Source of the DNA: Hormiphora californensis
Lineage: Eukaryota > Animalia > Ctenophora
DNA: 64,000 nt
Assembly: GCA_020137815.1 (NCBI GenBank)
Contig: CM035358.1
Location: forward strand, 1,550,001 to 1,614,000
Direction of reading: 5' to 3'
Below, in pieces: positions 1-13,725 of this stretch. The position numbers were made by a program, and so were the translations under genes. Each line of letters begins with the position of its first letter. Within the stretch, counting starts at the first letter, position 1. A model generated the notes under the pieces. That model made no database searches. It worked only from the letters and a program-made list of their open reading frames with translations, and was not told the origin of the DNA.

Positions 1-572
1 ATCGGTTCGTTTCGAACCGTCTAATTAGTGACAGGACGTGCGATAAGATGCACTGATTCGAAACACGATTCGGACGTGGTTGATATTATACCTTTGAAAA
101 AGTTTCATAACTTTTTTTGCAAAATTTTACAGAATGATTGTCAATGCTTTGATCGATGCTCCCCATGAAATTTCAGGTAAAAATATATTTTAAATTCGAA
201 TTCTTCCTCACCCCGCTTAAAGTGCCCCGATTCGGCATGGTATCACATATCGGTTCGTTTCGAACCGTCTAATTAGCTGCAAGACATGCGATAAGATGCA
301 CTGATTCGATAAACGATTCGGACGTGGTTGATGTAGTACCTTAGAAAGTATTAAAAAGTTGAAATTAAAAAAAAATTCTTTTTCTAATCAGAAATGATCA
401 TGTAATCAATACATGGACATTGCATTTAACACTTAGATGTGTTTTAGAATAACATTTTGGACAAAAACAGTGTTTTATGGGCCAAATATGCCCTACCCCG
501 ATTTAACGGACACCCCGATTTAACGGACAAAACCCTTTCCCCCGAGGGTGCCGTTAAATCGGGGTCCGACTG
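1..572. mobile_element. Right end of a non-autonomous TIR DNA transposon (Tc1/mariner-pogo-like) with internal ~248-bp tandem units
   Basis: Ends ...ccgttaaatcggggtccgactg|ta (TIR = CAGTCGGACCCCGATTTAACGG followed by TA). The ccccgatttaacgg motif is repeated subterminally at 496-526. The block atcggttcgtttcgaaccgtctaattag occurs at 1 and ~249. The left end lies outside the window. Confidence 0.65.
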
Positions 573-866
573 TATCATGTTCTTCATGTTCTCATGTTCT
601 TTCGCTTCCTTTACTCCTTAGTCCTCTCTTTAACAAGTATCAGTATCTTGTAGTAGTCCTACGAAGGGCCTGTATTATATGGCAGTTCTCCAATCTCCAC
701 CCTATCACGTAGTATCACTCCACCCTATCACTATCTCTCTGTCAAACTAGAGCCACCCTTCTTCTACTCACTGTACGCTGTCGGAGAGAGGGCAGTAAGC
801 TTGTGTAAACACAGTTTCATACTGCTGTGTGCTACTGCTGCCGCCCCTATTTGCTGGAGCAAACCT

Positions 867-910
867 ACACACACACACACACACACACACACTCTCTCTC
901 TCTCTCCCTC

Positions 911-1000
<90 letters not shown>

Positions 1001-1001
1001 A
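867..1001. repeat. (CA)n(CT)n compound microsatellite
   Basis: Directly visible. Other long CT/GA tracts lie at about 1855-1990, 3448-3508, 9349-9484, 10063-10160, 23838-24010 and 31290-31348. Confidence 0.95.
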
Positions 1002-1867
1002 TTCAATGTCTACTGATTATCTCTTCTTGCTTTACTTTTCTATTCGTGTGTATGTGTTTTCATTGCTCAATGTTTTGTAACCGTTTAACATTAACTTTTA
1101 AACCACCAAAATTGAGCGTCTTTTAATTGGTTTCTTAACATCTGCTGCTGTTATAGATTGTTGACTGTTGAGACTCAACAAGCTGGAAATTCTTGATCTT
1201 CAGGGACTCTTCATTCCATCGCGGTCAATTATTTGTCTTACCTAGCTGCTAAATCTAGCTAGAATGAGTTCATTTACTCCCGGTTCCTGGATGACTTCTA
1301 AAAGCTACGCCAATTTCATGGAAATTTATCAGCATATATTCTCACACGCCCGGTAGTACAGAATGTGCATTGTGCAGCTCCCATGCTTAGCTGTCACAAG
1401 CAGCACAGACAATAACAGAGTGTGTATTGGGAGAGAGAGAGGGAGAGAGAGAGCTAACAAGTGTGACAAGCTTCATAATAAGGGGGGTGATGTGTGGCTG
1501 TTGTATCTTCCAATCGTTGAATTGTATTGGTTACGAAGTTACCCCTTGCCAGTGCAAGTAACCAATGAATTGTAGGGGAGAGGTTTGATGGACTTATGTT
1601 TATCTTTTTCTTCTATATTGTTCTATATGTTCTATGGACATATTATGTCTTAACTTAAGACAGTTAGTAGGTAAAGAGACGAGTTTACCAAGTCTCTCAC
1701 GACAATTATAAAGTTTAAAAGCCTCTAATCCAACATAAAAGAGTTCCTCCCGTGACAGATATACGGTGCTGTGTGCGTGTCGTCATGTTAGATAAGACAT
1801 TCCTTTCTTCACTTCTTTACCTCCTTTCTGCACATGGTTATCTTTTTTAGCTTCCTCTCTATCTCTC

Positions 1868-1911
<44 letters not shown>

Positions 1912-1933
1912 TCTCTCTCCCTATCTCTCTCTC

Positions 1934-1969
<36 letters not shown>

Positions 1970-1989
1970 GCTCTCTCTCTCTCTCTCCC

Positions 1990-3442
1990 TCACTCTCTCT
2001 TTCCCCTCGTCCTCTCCCCCTCTCTCCTCCCGGCTCTTTCCCTTTTTCTCCTTCGGGGTCCCCCCCTCCCCCCTTTCCCCCCTCTTCCCTCTCGTCCTCT
2101 CCGTCTTCTCCTCTTTTCCATGGTTCCCTCTCCTCCCGCTTCGGGTCCCGAGTTCCCTTCCTCTCCCTCTCTCCGGGGTCCGTCTTCTTCGTCCTTCGCC
2201 TTCGGCTTCCCTCGGGGATTTGTTCTCGGGTTTAAAAATTTTCGGCCCCCCCGGTTCTGCCCGGGGGGGTCTTTTTCTGCCAATCCCCCTCTTGCTTCTT
2301 CCCCGGCCTTTTCCCCGGGTCTGTCTTCTCTTTCCCCCCCTTTCCCTTTTCCCTGTCTCTCCGTCCTCTTTTTCCCCTTTTTGGCCTCTCCCCCTTCCCT
2401 TTTTCTTCTCTCCTTCCCCCTTTTTCCTTCCTTGTTCTTCCCTCCTTCGGGGCCCCCCTTCTCCTCCGCCGTTTTGCTCTTCTCCTTGCCCCCCTTTTTT
2501 CCCCCCCCCCCTTTTTCCCCCCTTCTTTCTTTTCCTTCTTTCTCTCTCATCTGCTGCTCGTGCCACTACCTCTCCCCCCGATCCTCCTTTCTCTCTACTC
2601 CTCCCCTATGTGTGTACCACACATCTTTCTCAGGCTCTCCTCTGCGTCTTCTCCCTCTCTCTCTCTCGCTTCCTCTCCCGGTCTTCTCTCTAGTCTCTTT
2701 GTTCTCTCTCTTTCATCCCCGTTTTCTCTCTGTCTGTCCGTTTCACTTCCCACAAAATTCGGCTTTAATGTCTTAACTCTGCTGGTTTAATTGCTGTTGA
2801 GGCTCGGGGACTCTCTCGTCTAGTCTTCTCCTCTCGCATTTGCATCAATCTCTGGATGAGCTTTCTCCGTCATTCTATGCTTCTACTGCTTCACTTCAAT
2901 TTCAGTTAATATCCCCCTTCCAGTCAGATTCGTGCATCCTTTTTCCAACAGCGCCCTCAATAAGGTGAGTGTGTCGAGAAGGGTCTGCCTCTCTTACTGC
3001 TCGCTGTCTCTCTCTGTCGCTCTTCCTACTCATTCGTCTCCTGTTGGTTCTCTCCTCTCGATCGATCTCTGGTTCGCTCTCTCGGTTCTCTCTTTAGCCA
3101 TACGTGCACTTTCTCTGCTCGTCTCGTCTCAGCTCTCTCTTCCGGTCTCCTGCCTCGTCTTCGTGACATGGCTGTTGACTCTGTCTCTATTTCGTTTCTC
3201 TCTCATCGTCTCTCTACTCTTCGGTCTTGTCTAACTGCCGCGTGCTCTCTCTCGCATATCGTTCTCGCTCTCTACTCCCTTAGGTCCTTCCGTCTCGTCT
3301 CGTCTTCTGCTTTCGCCTCTCTGCTTGTGCTCCTCTCTCCTTCGCGTCCTCGCTTCTCCTGGTACGGTCGGCTGCATGCGAGGTCTGCTCGTCTCTCTTC
3401 GGTCTCATCGATTGACTCGGGATCAATGCCTTACTCTCATCT

Positions 3443-3450
<8 letters not shown>
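1990..3450. other. Low-quality pyrimidine-biased sequence, partly a garbled copy of ~600-1400
   Basis: C/T-inflated sequence between CT microsatellites. Fragments such as cacaaaattcggctttaatgtcttaac and gttgaggctc echo 1105-1180. Confidence 0.6.
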
Positions 3451-3515
<65 letters not shown>

Positions 3516-3783
3516 TCCTGCTGCCTGGTAACCCTAGATGTCCAGCACAGCAGACACGTTTATCTTTTAACCTGTCCTTCCCACATATTCACTAGCCTCT
3601 CATTTCCTTGTGGGCTGACCTGTCATGAGAGATGGGAGGAGCTTTTTTGGGTGTTGTTCTTGTAAATATTACTTTGTCGAGTGTCCTGACAGTGCATCTA
3701 CTACGCGATATAACTTGTGATTTATCTGTATGATTGTTTAAACATAAAACATGTTTTAGCCCCCTCTTTTCCAACCACAAACC

Positions 3784-4789
3784 ATGCTAACGAAAGAGCA
3801 ACTGGAGCAGTGGGACAAGGATGGGTATCTAGTTATCCCTGACCTGATAAACCCTGAATATTGTGAGGAACTGAGAGATGCCATTACCAGGACAATCTTT
3901 GATAAACTTGATCTTTTAAATCATCCCAGGACCTGCTTTACTACTTATGAGGTATTGATCAGCTAATACATCCATCTCCTTAAATTTTAATGATCATTTA
4001 TCTCTCTTCATCATATAATAATCCCTATAACTATTATTTACAAGTCCAATTCTCTCTTTCTTCCAGGCGAACAATGGGGAACAAGACAAGCAAATGATGT
4101 CAGAGTACTTTCTAAATTCTGGTGACAACATTTCCTTCTTTTTTGAAGAAGGTGCAGTTGACGAAACTGGTGCATTTACCCGACCGGCACACAGTGCAAT
4201 AAACAAAATAGGGCATGCACTTCACACCGACGTTCCTGAATTCGAAGACCTTTGTTTTAGTTCCAATATCCTAGAAATCTGCCGAGATCTGGGCCTGGAG
4301 GACCCTGTCCTACCCCAGAGCATGTACATTTTCAAAAGCCCGGGGTTGGGAGGAGTAGTAACACCCCATAAGGACAGCACTTTTCTACACACCGGGGGAA
4401 CTGCTTTGGTGGGGTTGTGGATCCCAATTGATGATGCTACCCCTGATAATGGGTGTCTTTGGTTTATACCGGGGAGTCACAGGGAACCTGCAACACTCTT
4501 TATGAACAGGAGCAAGGAGGGAGGGGAGTGTGTGTTTGTAGGAAAGAAGAATGATAATTTTGATCGTGATGATGAGTATGTGTGTGTGCCAGCGAAGGCT
4601 GGATCTTTGGTTATTATTCACGGGGATGTGGTGCATAAATCGTATGCGAACACGAGTGAGAATTCTAGAAATGCTTTCACATTTCATTTGTATGAGGGAA
4701 AGGGTGCGAAATGGGCTGAAACTAACTGGAATTTGCCCACTGAAAAGGGTACTTTTGTACATATGTATGATACAGAGAAGGGTAAGTAA
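3784..4789 (+). CDS. PHYHD1: Phytanoyl-CoA dioxygenase domain-containing protein 1 (Fe/2OG dioxygenase), 2 exons (3784-3951, 4067-4789), ~296 aa
   Basis: In-frame GT-AG intron. Motifs WDKDGYLVI, INKIGHALH, QSMYIFK, HKDSTFL (HxD), GLWIPIDDATPDNGCLWFIPGSH, HGDVVHKS and R-x-AFTFH. Confidence 0.93.
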
Positions 4790-5029
4790 AGAGTGTTGAA
4801 AATTGTAGCTGTTAAAATACTGTTTTCATGTGTCAACTTATAGAGCCCACTTTAGAAATGTAGATACTTTACTTTTGCAATAAGTTTACAATAAATCTTT
4901 ATTCTCGATGTAACGAACTGATTTATTAACAAATTTTATGTTTTGCTTAAATGACGACTAAACTGTGTGTAAAAACATTTGCATGCAATAAATGGATTGC
5001 CTGTGATTAACTATCTACATAACAGTAAG

Positions 5030-5295
5030 GCGCGGCGGTGTTGGTTTGAATCGGTGTGAAAGTAGACACCGTCAACAATTGACAAAAGCGCCGCGCACAC
5101 GCTGATTATTTCGAGAGGGATTGGAGGAGACCAAACGTAGCGCGCGACACAGAAAAGTTTAACGTGCTTGAATCAGCCGCGCTGATGTTTTTGAAGCGCG
5201 CGCCTCGTTCAATAATTCAACGAAATTGAAACAAAAGAGCACTTCTGTTCGGTTTTTCCACAAAACGTGTTTTTACTTTTTTTGAATTCCTCAAG
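5030..5295 (+). promoter_or_regulatory. CpG/GCGC-rich putative promoter and non-coding first exon upstream of TMEM38
   Basis: Local cluster of gcgcg motifs in a CpG-poor background, followed by a donor-like aag|gtaagg at 5295. Confidence 0.4.
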
Positions 5296-5583
5296 GTAAG
5301 GGGACAGTGGTGCTCTGTCATATTGGCCACACGTACAGCGCCTCCCATTTGTAGTTCCCAGCGTCTAAAACTAAAAATGTACGAATTTTTGTGTGTTTTG
5401 GACGCTGTGAAGTCACTTCACTGAAGTGTGAACCACGCTGGAAACGACGCATGGAGGCCGGGTGCGCTGTGTACGACGTACATAGCCAATATGACGGATC
5501 ACCAATGTTAGAAAATTTCAAAATGATGATCTCCGCGAAAACGTATGGTTCAGTCCATCATCACGTCATATTGCATATTAGCC

Positions 5584-8500
5584 ATGTCAGTGATGGAAAT
5601 ATTGAACGATGCGGGTCAATACCTCCACTCCCTTCCATACTTCCCCGTTCTCCACTCAATCCACTGTTTCGCAACTGCCTCCTCTCTCCGATCCCAACCA
5701 GGTTAGTCAAGCTACTGTTCTGATTTGATCTCCAACATGACATAATATTGAATGATAGTTCTAACTGTTTCAGTTTTTATATTAATGTTCATTACAGGAG
5801 CAGTTGAATTTGCCCATGAACACCCATTGGCATCCCTTGCTGGAACTTTATTGATTGTTAACGCGGGCGGTGTTCTCTCTTCTCTGGCACTGGGTAACCC
5901 CCTAATTGGACCCTTTGTCAACCCTCTCAATACCCTTACCGCTGTTATTTTCTGGTAGGTTTTTAGCTTCTCTGTTAATTTGAATTAATCTCAAATCGTC
6001 AAATTATGTCTTAATTATAATATTTTATGTAAATCGATTGCATGTTCGTCCAATTATCTCTGTGTAATTCTGTGTAAACATTGTTCCCTATTGATTTACA
6101 GGTGGTTGGTGTTCTTTGGACCGGCCGATATATTCTTCAAATTGTACAAAGTCAAGCCTTTCCAGGTGTGTGTGTGCCTGCTAGATCGTACATGTCACTT
6201 GATTCATTCAAATTTTCAGAGTTTCCAATTTCCTATCACTAGAATTTCATCTCTTTTGTTTCACGCTCAAATATGAAACTTTTCCCATCTGGCAGTTCAT
6301 TTCCGATCTACCAGTACCACTGCACTTCCCATGCATTACATATTGCAGCAAACAAGCAGAGCCCTGTCTAACAGTAGGAAAAGTACGCAGTCCCAAGCTA
6401 ATGACCATTTAACCCAGCAAAACCCTGTCTTACAGTGTGAGACGTGATTCGCACTACCATACCCTCCTCTGATAATGTTGTTGAGATATTGCGATTTAAA
6501 TCCCTACCCTCTCCCCAGTACATGTTGATGGGAGCAAGGGAGACGAGGCGATGTAAGAAAATTCTAGATGGCGTGAATGCCGCTGCAAAAGTATATACCG
6601 GAGGACAGATCATTCCCATGATTCTTGTTGGTGCTCTTGGAGGTAAGACACGTGTCTTTTCACTCTCAGTCAACTTGTCTCAGCTTGTACGCAATGTCCC
6701 CAAAATCTGATAGTCTTGTCTGTCCCGGGACTATGACTGGCCTCTATTACAAGTCTATGGCACTCAGACCTGCTAATACCCTCTCACTCAAGCCAATATG
6801 AACCATGTTGCGTCATGACACGAGAGTTGCGGTCTAGGACGTAGTATAGTATGTGCAAAGGAAAATAGTCATTGATTTACAAATTGGAACGAATATTTAT
6901 CAAATCACGATTCACACACACAATTATAAGCCAGCTATATTTCTCCTCTCCCACTACAATCACATTTAAAAATTTAGTTTTAGCATTATCCAGCATATTA
7001 AATCAGATTTAGTACTATCTTTAAAGTTTATATCAACCTGCTTTTCACTCAAATATATCAATCTGACTGTCCTCCTCTGCCTCCTCTTCTTCCTCCTCTT
7101 CTTCCTCGGAGGCCAAAATGGGCTGATCATCGGACTCATTAAAACTGTACTCAGGGTCACTAAAAATATCAACCTGAGAATTATCATTTGATAGGACAGA
7201 GGAAACGAATGAGTTATCTCCCAGGTCTTCAAACAACTCCTCCCCAGATTCTTCCATCTCAACATGTGAGCTTTCAATCTCAGCACGTGAGGTTTCCACT
7301 TCACCCTCTGGATGTCGTGTGGGTTGAGTATCCTGGGCTGCACTAAACTTGTCTTGATAATCAAGTGTTACAGGAGAAAGAGCCCTTGATGAACGAGGTT
7401 CTTCTCTGCCGATATAATCTTCACCCTGTCTCTCCCCCTCTTTTACCACTTCCAATAGTTCAGTGGTTACTAATGATTCACCCAATACATCACCTGTTAC
7501 TAATGATTCACCCAATATATCAGTGGTTGAGGTACACTGTGTCTCCTCTAGACTTGTACAGGTCAGAACTCCAAAATCAATGGCAGGTGTGCACGTGAAT
7601 GATTCTATTGTGCCACCTGGTTCAACCTGAGACTCAATCTCCTGGATCTCACATTCTAACTGTTCCTTAGTTAGTTCACTCTTCTGTACATCTGAAACCA
7701 CACGGCCACTGGTTTTGCTCTGCTTCCCAGCCACCTCCTCAGCAGAATCCCCTCTTGATCCTCCCTGCTCCTCTCTACTAGCGATCTGGTACTGTCGACA
7801 AGCCTCAAGCTCCCTACTATCAAAATCAGATAGTAGAGTCGAATCACCCGGTCCCTTTGCACCTGGCACACCCCCATCAGAGGTGTTATCAGCAGTCTTT
7901 CGGGGTTCAGGGCCGGAGTCAGGGGAGGTAGCTTTGTTTATAAGTTCGGGGGAGTCAGGTGAAATTATGATGGGGAGGGAGTCTGGTGAGAGGAGGGGTG
8001 AATCATTTCCATCCAGTTGGTCGTGTGGTATTGTGGGGCGCAGCACACTAGACGTGGTACTGAGATTCACTGGAGAAGGTCTGGGTGATGGGGGACTAAA
8101 CTTGATCGGCGCAGTAGTTGGAGAGGGTTGAGTGAATTGAGTGACGGGAAGGGTACTGGGTGCTTCGATCTCTACCCTACACCTCCTCCTCTTACCTCCT
8201 CCACCTTCCCGCCTTCTGTGTGGTGTATTGTCTTCTCCCTCTCGTCTCGTTTGGAGTATAGAACTGTGATCTTCCTCCCTTGTCCTATTTGGTGTTGGCG
8301 CAAAAGAGTTATCGAACACCAGTGCTGCCGCTTCTATCGGGCTAGTTCGAAGATGGAGAGATGTTATAAGCGGAAAGAGGGGAGACGAGTGTCGTGTGGT
8401 AGTAAAAAGAGGAGTTGAGTGTTTCTGTAGTTTGGCGGGAAGGTGAGGGGTCGAGGGAATATCCATCCCGCGGGATCGGTGTAATATTGATGTTGGAGGT

Positions 8501-9347
8501 GAGATTCGAGGTCCGGTAGGTAATGGTTTATCGGCAACTTTGTTACTTGTTTTGTTCGTCGTGGTCCCTGAAAGTTAAATTTGAATGAGAATACTGAAAC
8601 AGGAAGAGAAAAACACCATAAATTTTGAACAAGTTACATCATTTTGTTCAGATCTCAATCTACCTTTATCTGGTGTTGGTGCAAAGATATCTTCTGAACT
8701 ATCCTCCTCCTCCCTCACCTCATCACACTGGGTTGCAGTTGTTACACTTTCAATTTCCCTAACCACAGGTCCACTTTTTACACTCTCAATCTCAGAGTCA
8801 CGTACAGTTGCCATGGGAATGCTCCTCATACTTTCAATATCAAACTCCTTCCTTCCGTAACTCTTGACGCTCTCTATCTCATCACTGATTGGTCGATGTC
8901 TCTCTATCTCGTCCCTGATTGGTTGCTGTCTCTCTATCTCGTCCATGATTGGTTGATGACCGTCCATGGTGGTCGTTGCTCCTCGTGTTGTCTCCCACGT
9001 TGAGTTGAAACTTCCACCCTCGTTCAGTAGAAGGGTTTTCAGGGTTTTAGGACTTCTTGCCGGGTGGAGAGATGGTTCTGAAACACACACGGGTTACACA
9101 TCGGTTACACATAGATTACAATTTACACCCAGGTTATGGGTTAGTATGGTGACGTGGCAATATACAATTAGGATTTACACGATACGATATTGGATTTACA
9201 AGGATAGATTAGGCTCCAGAAGATCTACTCCATTCTTCCGTTATATTCTCTGGGCTCTGGATCATCGGTTAATTGGTCGGGTTAGGCTTTTCGGGTAAAC
9301 CATTCGCATATATGCGGAGTCTACTCGTGGATAGGCATTGGCGAAGC

Positions 9348-9429
<82 letters not shown>

Positions 9430-9443
9430 AGAGATAGAGCTCC

Positions 9444-9488
<45 letters not shown>

Positions 9489-10062
9489 TAAAGAGAGAGA
9501 TAGAGGAAAGGAGAGTGAGATTGATAATGAGAAAGATGTCTATTGGTTGGCCAAAATGCCTCATGTGCTATAATAACGGTTATGCCTTACGGCTTACATT
9601 TATTTTACATCTCTGACTTTTCACTCGCTCACTGAATTACCATCTCCAAATTTTCTTCTCTCTCTCTCACTCAAACTCACTTTCATTTTCTCTCTCAATC
9701 TTACCCATTCGATAGCGTGATCTCTCCTTAATTGTGTCTCCCATATGACCTTTTCTCAATATCTTTCTTCCCATTTATTTTCTCTAATGCATCATGATTA
9801 CTTATAATCTTCCACTAAATTTCCTTTTCCTCCATTCTATTTGCCACCACCGGTAGTGAGTGACTAATGCAGTGTGGCTAACTGCTAATAAAGACAATAA
9901 TATATGTTGGTATGTTTGTGTGTCCGTCTGTTTTTTGTTTTACTTTTTGTCCAGGGAAATGTACACAAAGATGAGTGTAACATTTGCACTTGGTTCAGTG
10001 CCAGCATCCCGGAAATACTTTCCCTCGTTAACAAATTTATACTCCCCTGTGTCTCAGCGTAA

Positions 10063-10160
<98 letters not shown>

Positions 10161-13100
10161 CCCCTCTCTTTCTTATAGCCACTATGTCTCTACTACTACT
10201 GTACTTGTTCTTCCAAGGCGCTTCATACCCCACTGTTATATACAATTTGAAGTAAACACTAAACAACGACAAACAATAAAACTTGCTGACAACTAACAAG
10301 AGCAGGAACTCAGATCAGCCACTAAACCACTAAACTACTCAGATCTTTTAATAATCCCTACCTGAGTTCTCAATCCTGTCCTTGATCTTGATCCTGCCAG
10401 ATTGGAGATATTCAGCGTGAGACACAATGTGATCCTCTCCATGCATCCGAACTTTCAGAACCTGCAAGAGGGCCAATTGTTAAGCAAATAGGGTCATTGA
10501 GAGTAAAATATCAGGTTGTGGTATTGGTAGGATAAGAAGAAGAATATATCAGTGACACTCCTAGTTTCACCCTCTTACCTCTCCCAGCAGACAAGATTGA
10601 ACTGTATTGAATAGTTCAGTATCCGATAGTCCTTTCTCTTTTACCCGCCTGAAATAATTGAACAATGTGGTCTGGAGAAAATAAATAATACCAACCCCCC
10701 TCTAATGCCATAATTCATGAATTTATAAAGTACACCATCTCTCACAACAGTATTTCACACACTACGCTTACTTGAAAAACTGCATGGCAGGTTCCCCGAA
10801 CAGTTCGTTGGCGCTATGCCCAAATATGGCAATATCCAGGGGTTTCCCCGAGTGACTGACAGTCAGGCCGAGTCGATACCTCGGTACAGGGTGATCTTCG
10901 TGCCTATTGCACTGTTTGCATAGCTTCCTGCAGGGGATAGAATAGAATGAGGATATAATAAAGTGCGGGATTTTGAGGAATAGTTAACTAGATTAAATTC
11001 TGAATGGTAATATTAGGTTCTGAATATATGGGTTATATTGGGTTCTTTAGTGATAACTAGATTAGAAGGTTTCTAGAAGTTGGGAAAATGATGGAGAATT
11101 ATGCAGTGATAGATATTGAGATAATGCCACGTCTACAAAAAGGACGTGGATCTAAACAGAAAAGTGCACACCGGAGAGGGTTGAGGTAGGAGAGAGGGGG
11201 TAGAATCAGATGAGCGTCCCATCGATTCGGTTGGGGTGGTCCTTCTTCTACCTCGTCTCATTCTATCTCCACGCTCAAGGGCCAGAGATCATTTACAAAT
11301 CCCAGTGTCCCAACTTTTAGTATTCACGGTATCCATTCATACCCCAGCAATGTATACTTACATAGAGATGAGGTAGGGTACATCAGAGACTTTTGAGTGA
11401 CATTTCCTGCACGCCTTGTAATATACCTGCCGCTGTACAGCCAACACTGTCACCCTACTTGTCATAATATTTCCATAATAATAGCCTAGAGAGGAAATGA
11501 GAGAGGGGGTTTATTTGAATTTTGAACTTTTTTAATCTTCGATAATTTCATTTTACATGTGGATTTGCAGGTAATGCCGTGTTTGACGTAACGCGCGAAA
11601 GAGCCGAATGTGGTGCTTCACGCGCGTGGATAGAGAGGGAGAGCAATCAACCAGCGCCGGAGAGTTACTCCCTCGTCCCTCGCGCGCTACATCAATCACG
11701 TCCCTGTACTTCAACATCAAACCAACTGATTCACATAAAAACTTCAAAATTTTAACTGCCAAAATATCTTATCTTCTTTTCTTGTCAGGTTGCTCGGGCA
11801 AGTTCCTTCAGACGACAGAGGAATCGATGAGGAAAGGAAGTTCTGATCTGAGTAAAGGAGAATTCATCCAAATATCATTGTTAGTTTGAGAGTTAGAAAA
11901 TTGACTTTTACAACTCAGTCCTGATGGCTTAGCTCGCTAGATTCTGGCCAAAACTTGGGAGCTTCCTACGAACAAACTGATAAATAACACCCTTTATTTC
12001 AGTGTGACCAAAGCCTCTCTCGCCATTGCAACTCTCTACACCCTCTCTCTGACTGGACACATCCCCATTAGTGTCCCCCAGGCCCTTCTGATCTGCTCTG
12101 GTGCTCTGGTCACCACCAATCTGGCCATGGCCCTCGCGGGACTTCCCGACCCCTTCCACCCCATTTCCAAGGTAACTGTCACCCCACTGTAACTCAGTTT
12201 AGGTGGTTCGAAGCTGTAGAAATCCTTTGCTGCAACATCGCCGCGTGCGAGTACTGATTCAATGATTTATGTGTCGTGTTGTGGGCAGAGATCACGTTAT
12301 CAAATAGCATTTCTATACGGCTGTACCTCTACAAACACCTCAGCCCGGTGATCAGCTATCCAATCTAGGAACATCTGTCCGTAATGTCGGACACCTGATC
12401 TGTAGGGGGTCTCCAAATGTGCCGTCAACTCAGGCAACTTAACAAATAGTCTCAACAAGTGTTCCACACCGTATAACAAAACAGGTTCCTTGGGTCCATT
12501 AGTACCGGCATCCTTGTCTCCCCAGTGGGAGTACCCCGGGAAAAGGAGGGCCTCTTTCTCCGATATAGGAGTAAGGAGTTGCTGCCGTTTTGACCGGGAA
12601 TTGAGAACAAATCCCTCCTGTTCGTACTGTGTCCTCTCTTCCTTGTATAGTAGTTGGAGGGGAAGTGTGACATTAAACATGGTCCGGATCTCAGTACAGA
12701 ACTCCTCGGCTCCTTCATCGTCAGGCCGTGAGGAGGTGAAACTGGACAGAATACTGGCTACATTTGGAGTTCTGGGCAGGCACACAACTTGGTTACGGAG
12801 TGTTATATTCACAAAGTCTCGTTCCAGGGATTGTTTAATGGTGTCGGGGAGGTTTAGCTTTATCATGACTGGTTTGGAGGATCTCCGGCTGGTGGAGGGT
12901 GTCTGTTGGGTTGATGATGGTGTACGTCTTGTGTGACCTGGTGCTTTCGGGCTACCTAGCTGGTTTTCTAGTTGCTCCTTTGAGATTAGATTCTCCGGGG
13001 TGATGGGGAGGATGAGGTCTTCTGCTACCCACCTGAGGAAAGAAAAGAGATGCGAATATAGAGAAAAGGAACATTTATGATATTTAATCAAGAAAGCACG

Positions 13101-13725
13101 GGCTTAGGTAAACACACAAAAAATGCAGTTCAAGTATGATTCACTACCTGTCATATTTCTCGCCCCAGTTCTGGAAATGTGTCAAGTAAACAGGTTGGAT
13201 ATTTTCTCCCTCTTCCCCAGTCCACTTACACAGGTCCTCCATTTCCACCTCCTATTGTGGAACAGAGTTAGGAAGAGAAATATCAAAATCATTAAGACAG
13301 GAAAAACGGAATCAGATCAGAATAGATATTGTATGGACCCTCAGCTTCTTCTAACTTCTAGTTGATATTAGGATAGCTTGTTATATATGTGAGAGAGGGT
13401 CGAGTAAGGCAAAGAATCAAGAGTATCAATCAATCAATCATGTACCTGAATAGTAGCATTGTAAATGTACTGTAGCTTTCTGGGGTCAGGTTCATAACAC
13501 AGAACTTTCTCTCCTCTTGCATATTTTGCAGTCATAGCGCCTATACCATTGGGGAATGGGCTATTAGGTTAAAGTTCGATGGCCTGACTCCCTCCACTGC
13601 TATTGTAACAACTAACAATACATTATTTATCCTAATTGTTTCAGGTCACATGGAAGGTCATGTCCATGACGAGCAGTGGAGTTCCTGCGAAACAGGAACT
13701 TACTGACAGCAAGAAGAAGGAATAG
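5584..13725 (+). CDS. TMEM38: Trimeric intracellular cation channel (TRIC/TMEM38), 7 exons (5584-5701, 5798-5954, 6102-6165, 6519-6642, 11789-11879, 12003-12171, 13645-13725), ~267 aa
   Basis: All junctions are GT-AG with consistent phases (804 nt total). Motifs LPYFPVLH, FAHEHPLAS..GGVLSSLALGNP, WWLVFFGPAD, ETRRCKKILDGV, MILVGALGGCSG, FVTKASL, and a basic C-terminus SKKKE*. Confidence 0.9.
7045..11465 (-). CDS. DDIAS: DDIAS/noxin-like protein with an N-terminal RPA70C-type zinc OB-fold and a long acidic disordered tail; 6 exons (11465-11362, 10927-10772, 10648-10579, 10461-10362, 9077-8664, 8567-7045), ~788 aa; nested in TMEM38 intron 4
   Basis: MTSRVTVLAVQRQVYYKACRKCHSKV..CKQC..PRYRLGLTV..IAIFGHSANELFGEPA..VQSCLLGE matches the CxxC..CxxC and RYxLxL..FG..FG pattern. 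Exon phases sum to 2367 nt. Orthology is inferred from architecture only. Confidence 0.75.
11570..11705 (-). promoter_or_regulatory. CpG-rich putative promoter / 5' exon of the DDIAS-like gene
   Basis: cgcgcg cluster inside the TMEM38 intron. On the minus strand there is a donor (cat|gtaaaa) near 11556 and an acceptor (tctctag) just before the ATG. Confidence 0.4.
12300..13535 (-). CDS. MSL3: MSL3-like chromo-barrel + MRG domain protein; 3 exons (13535-13446, 13251-13148, 13032-12300), ~308 aa; nested in TMEM38 intron 6
   Basis: N-terminus GEKVLCYEPDP..IYNATI..YLTHFQNWGEKYDRWVAED; the EPDP insert is MSL3-type rather than MRG15-type. MRG motifs LPRTPNV, LPLQLLYKEERTQY and YGVEHLLRLFVKLPEL. 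Confidence 0.85.

Noticed and set aside
801-3665. Many ORFs with SL/ER/K-G/P-F repeats
   Set aside because: They are translations of CT/GA microsatellites and low-quality sequence.
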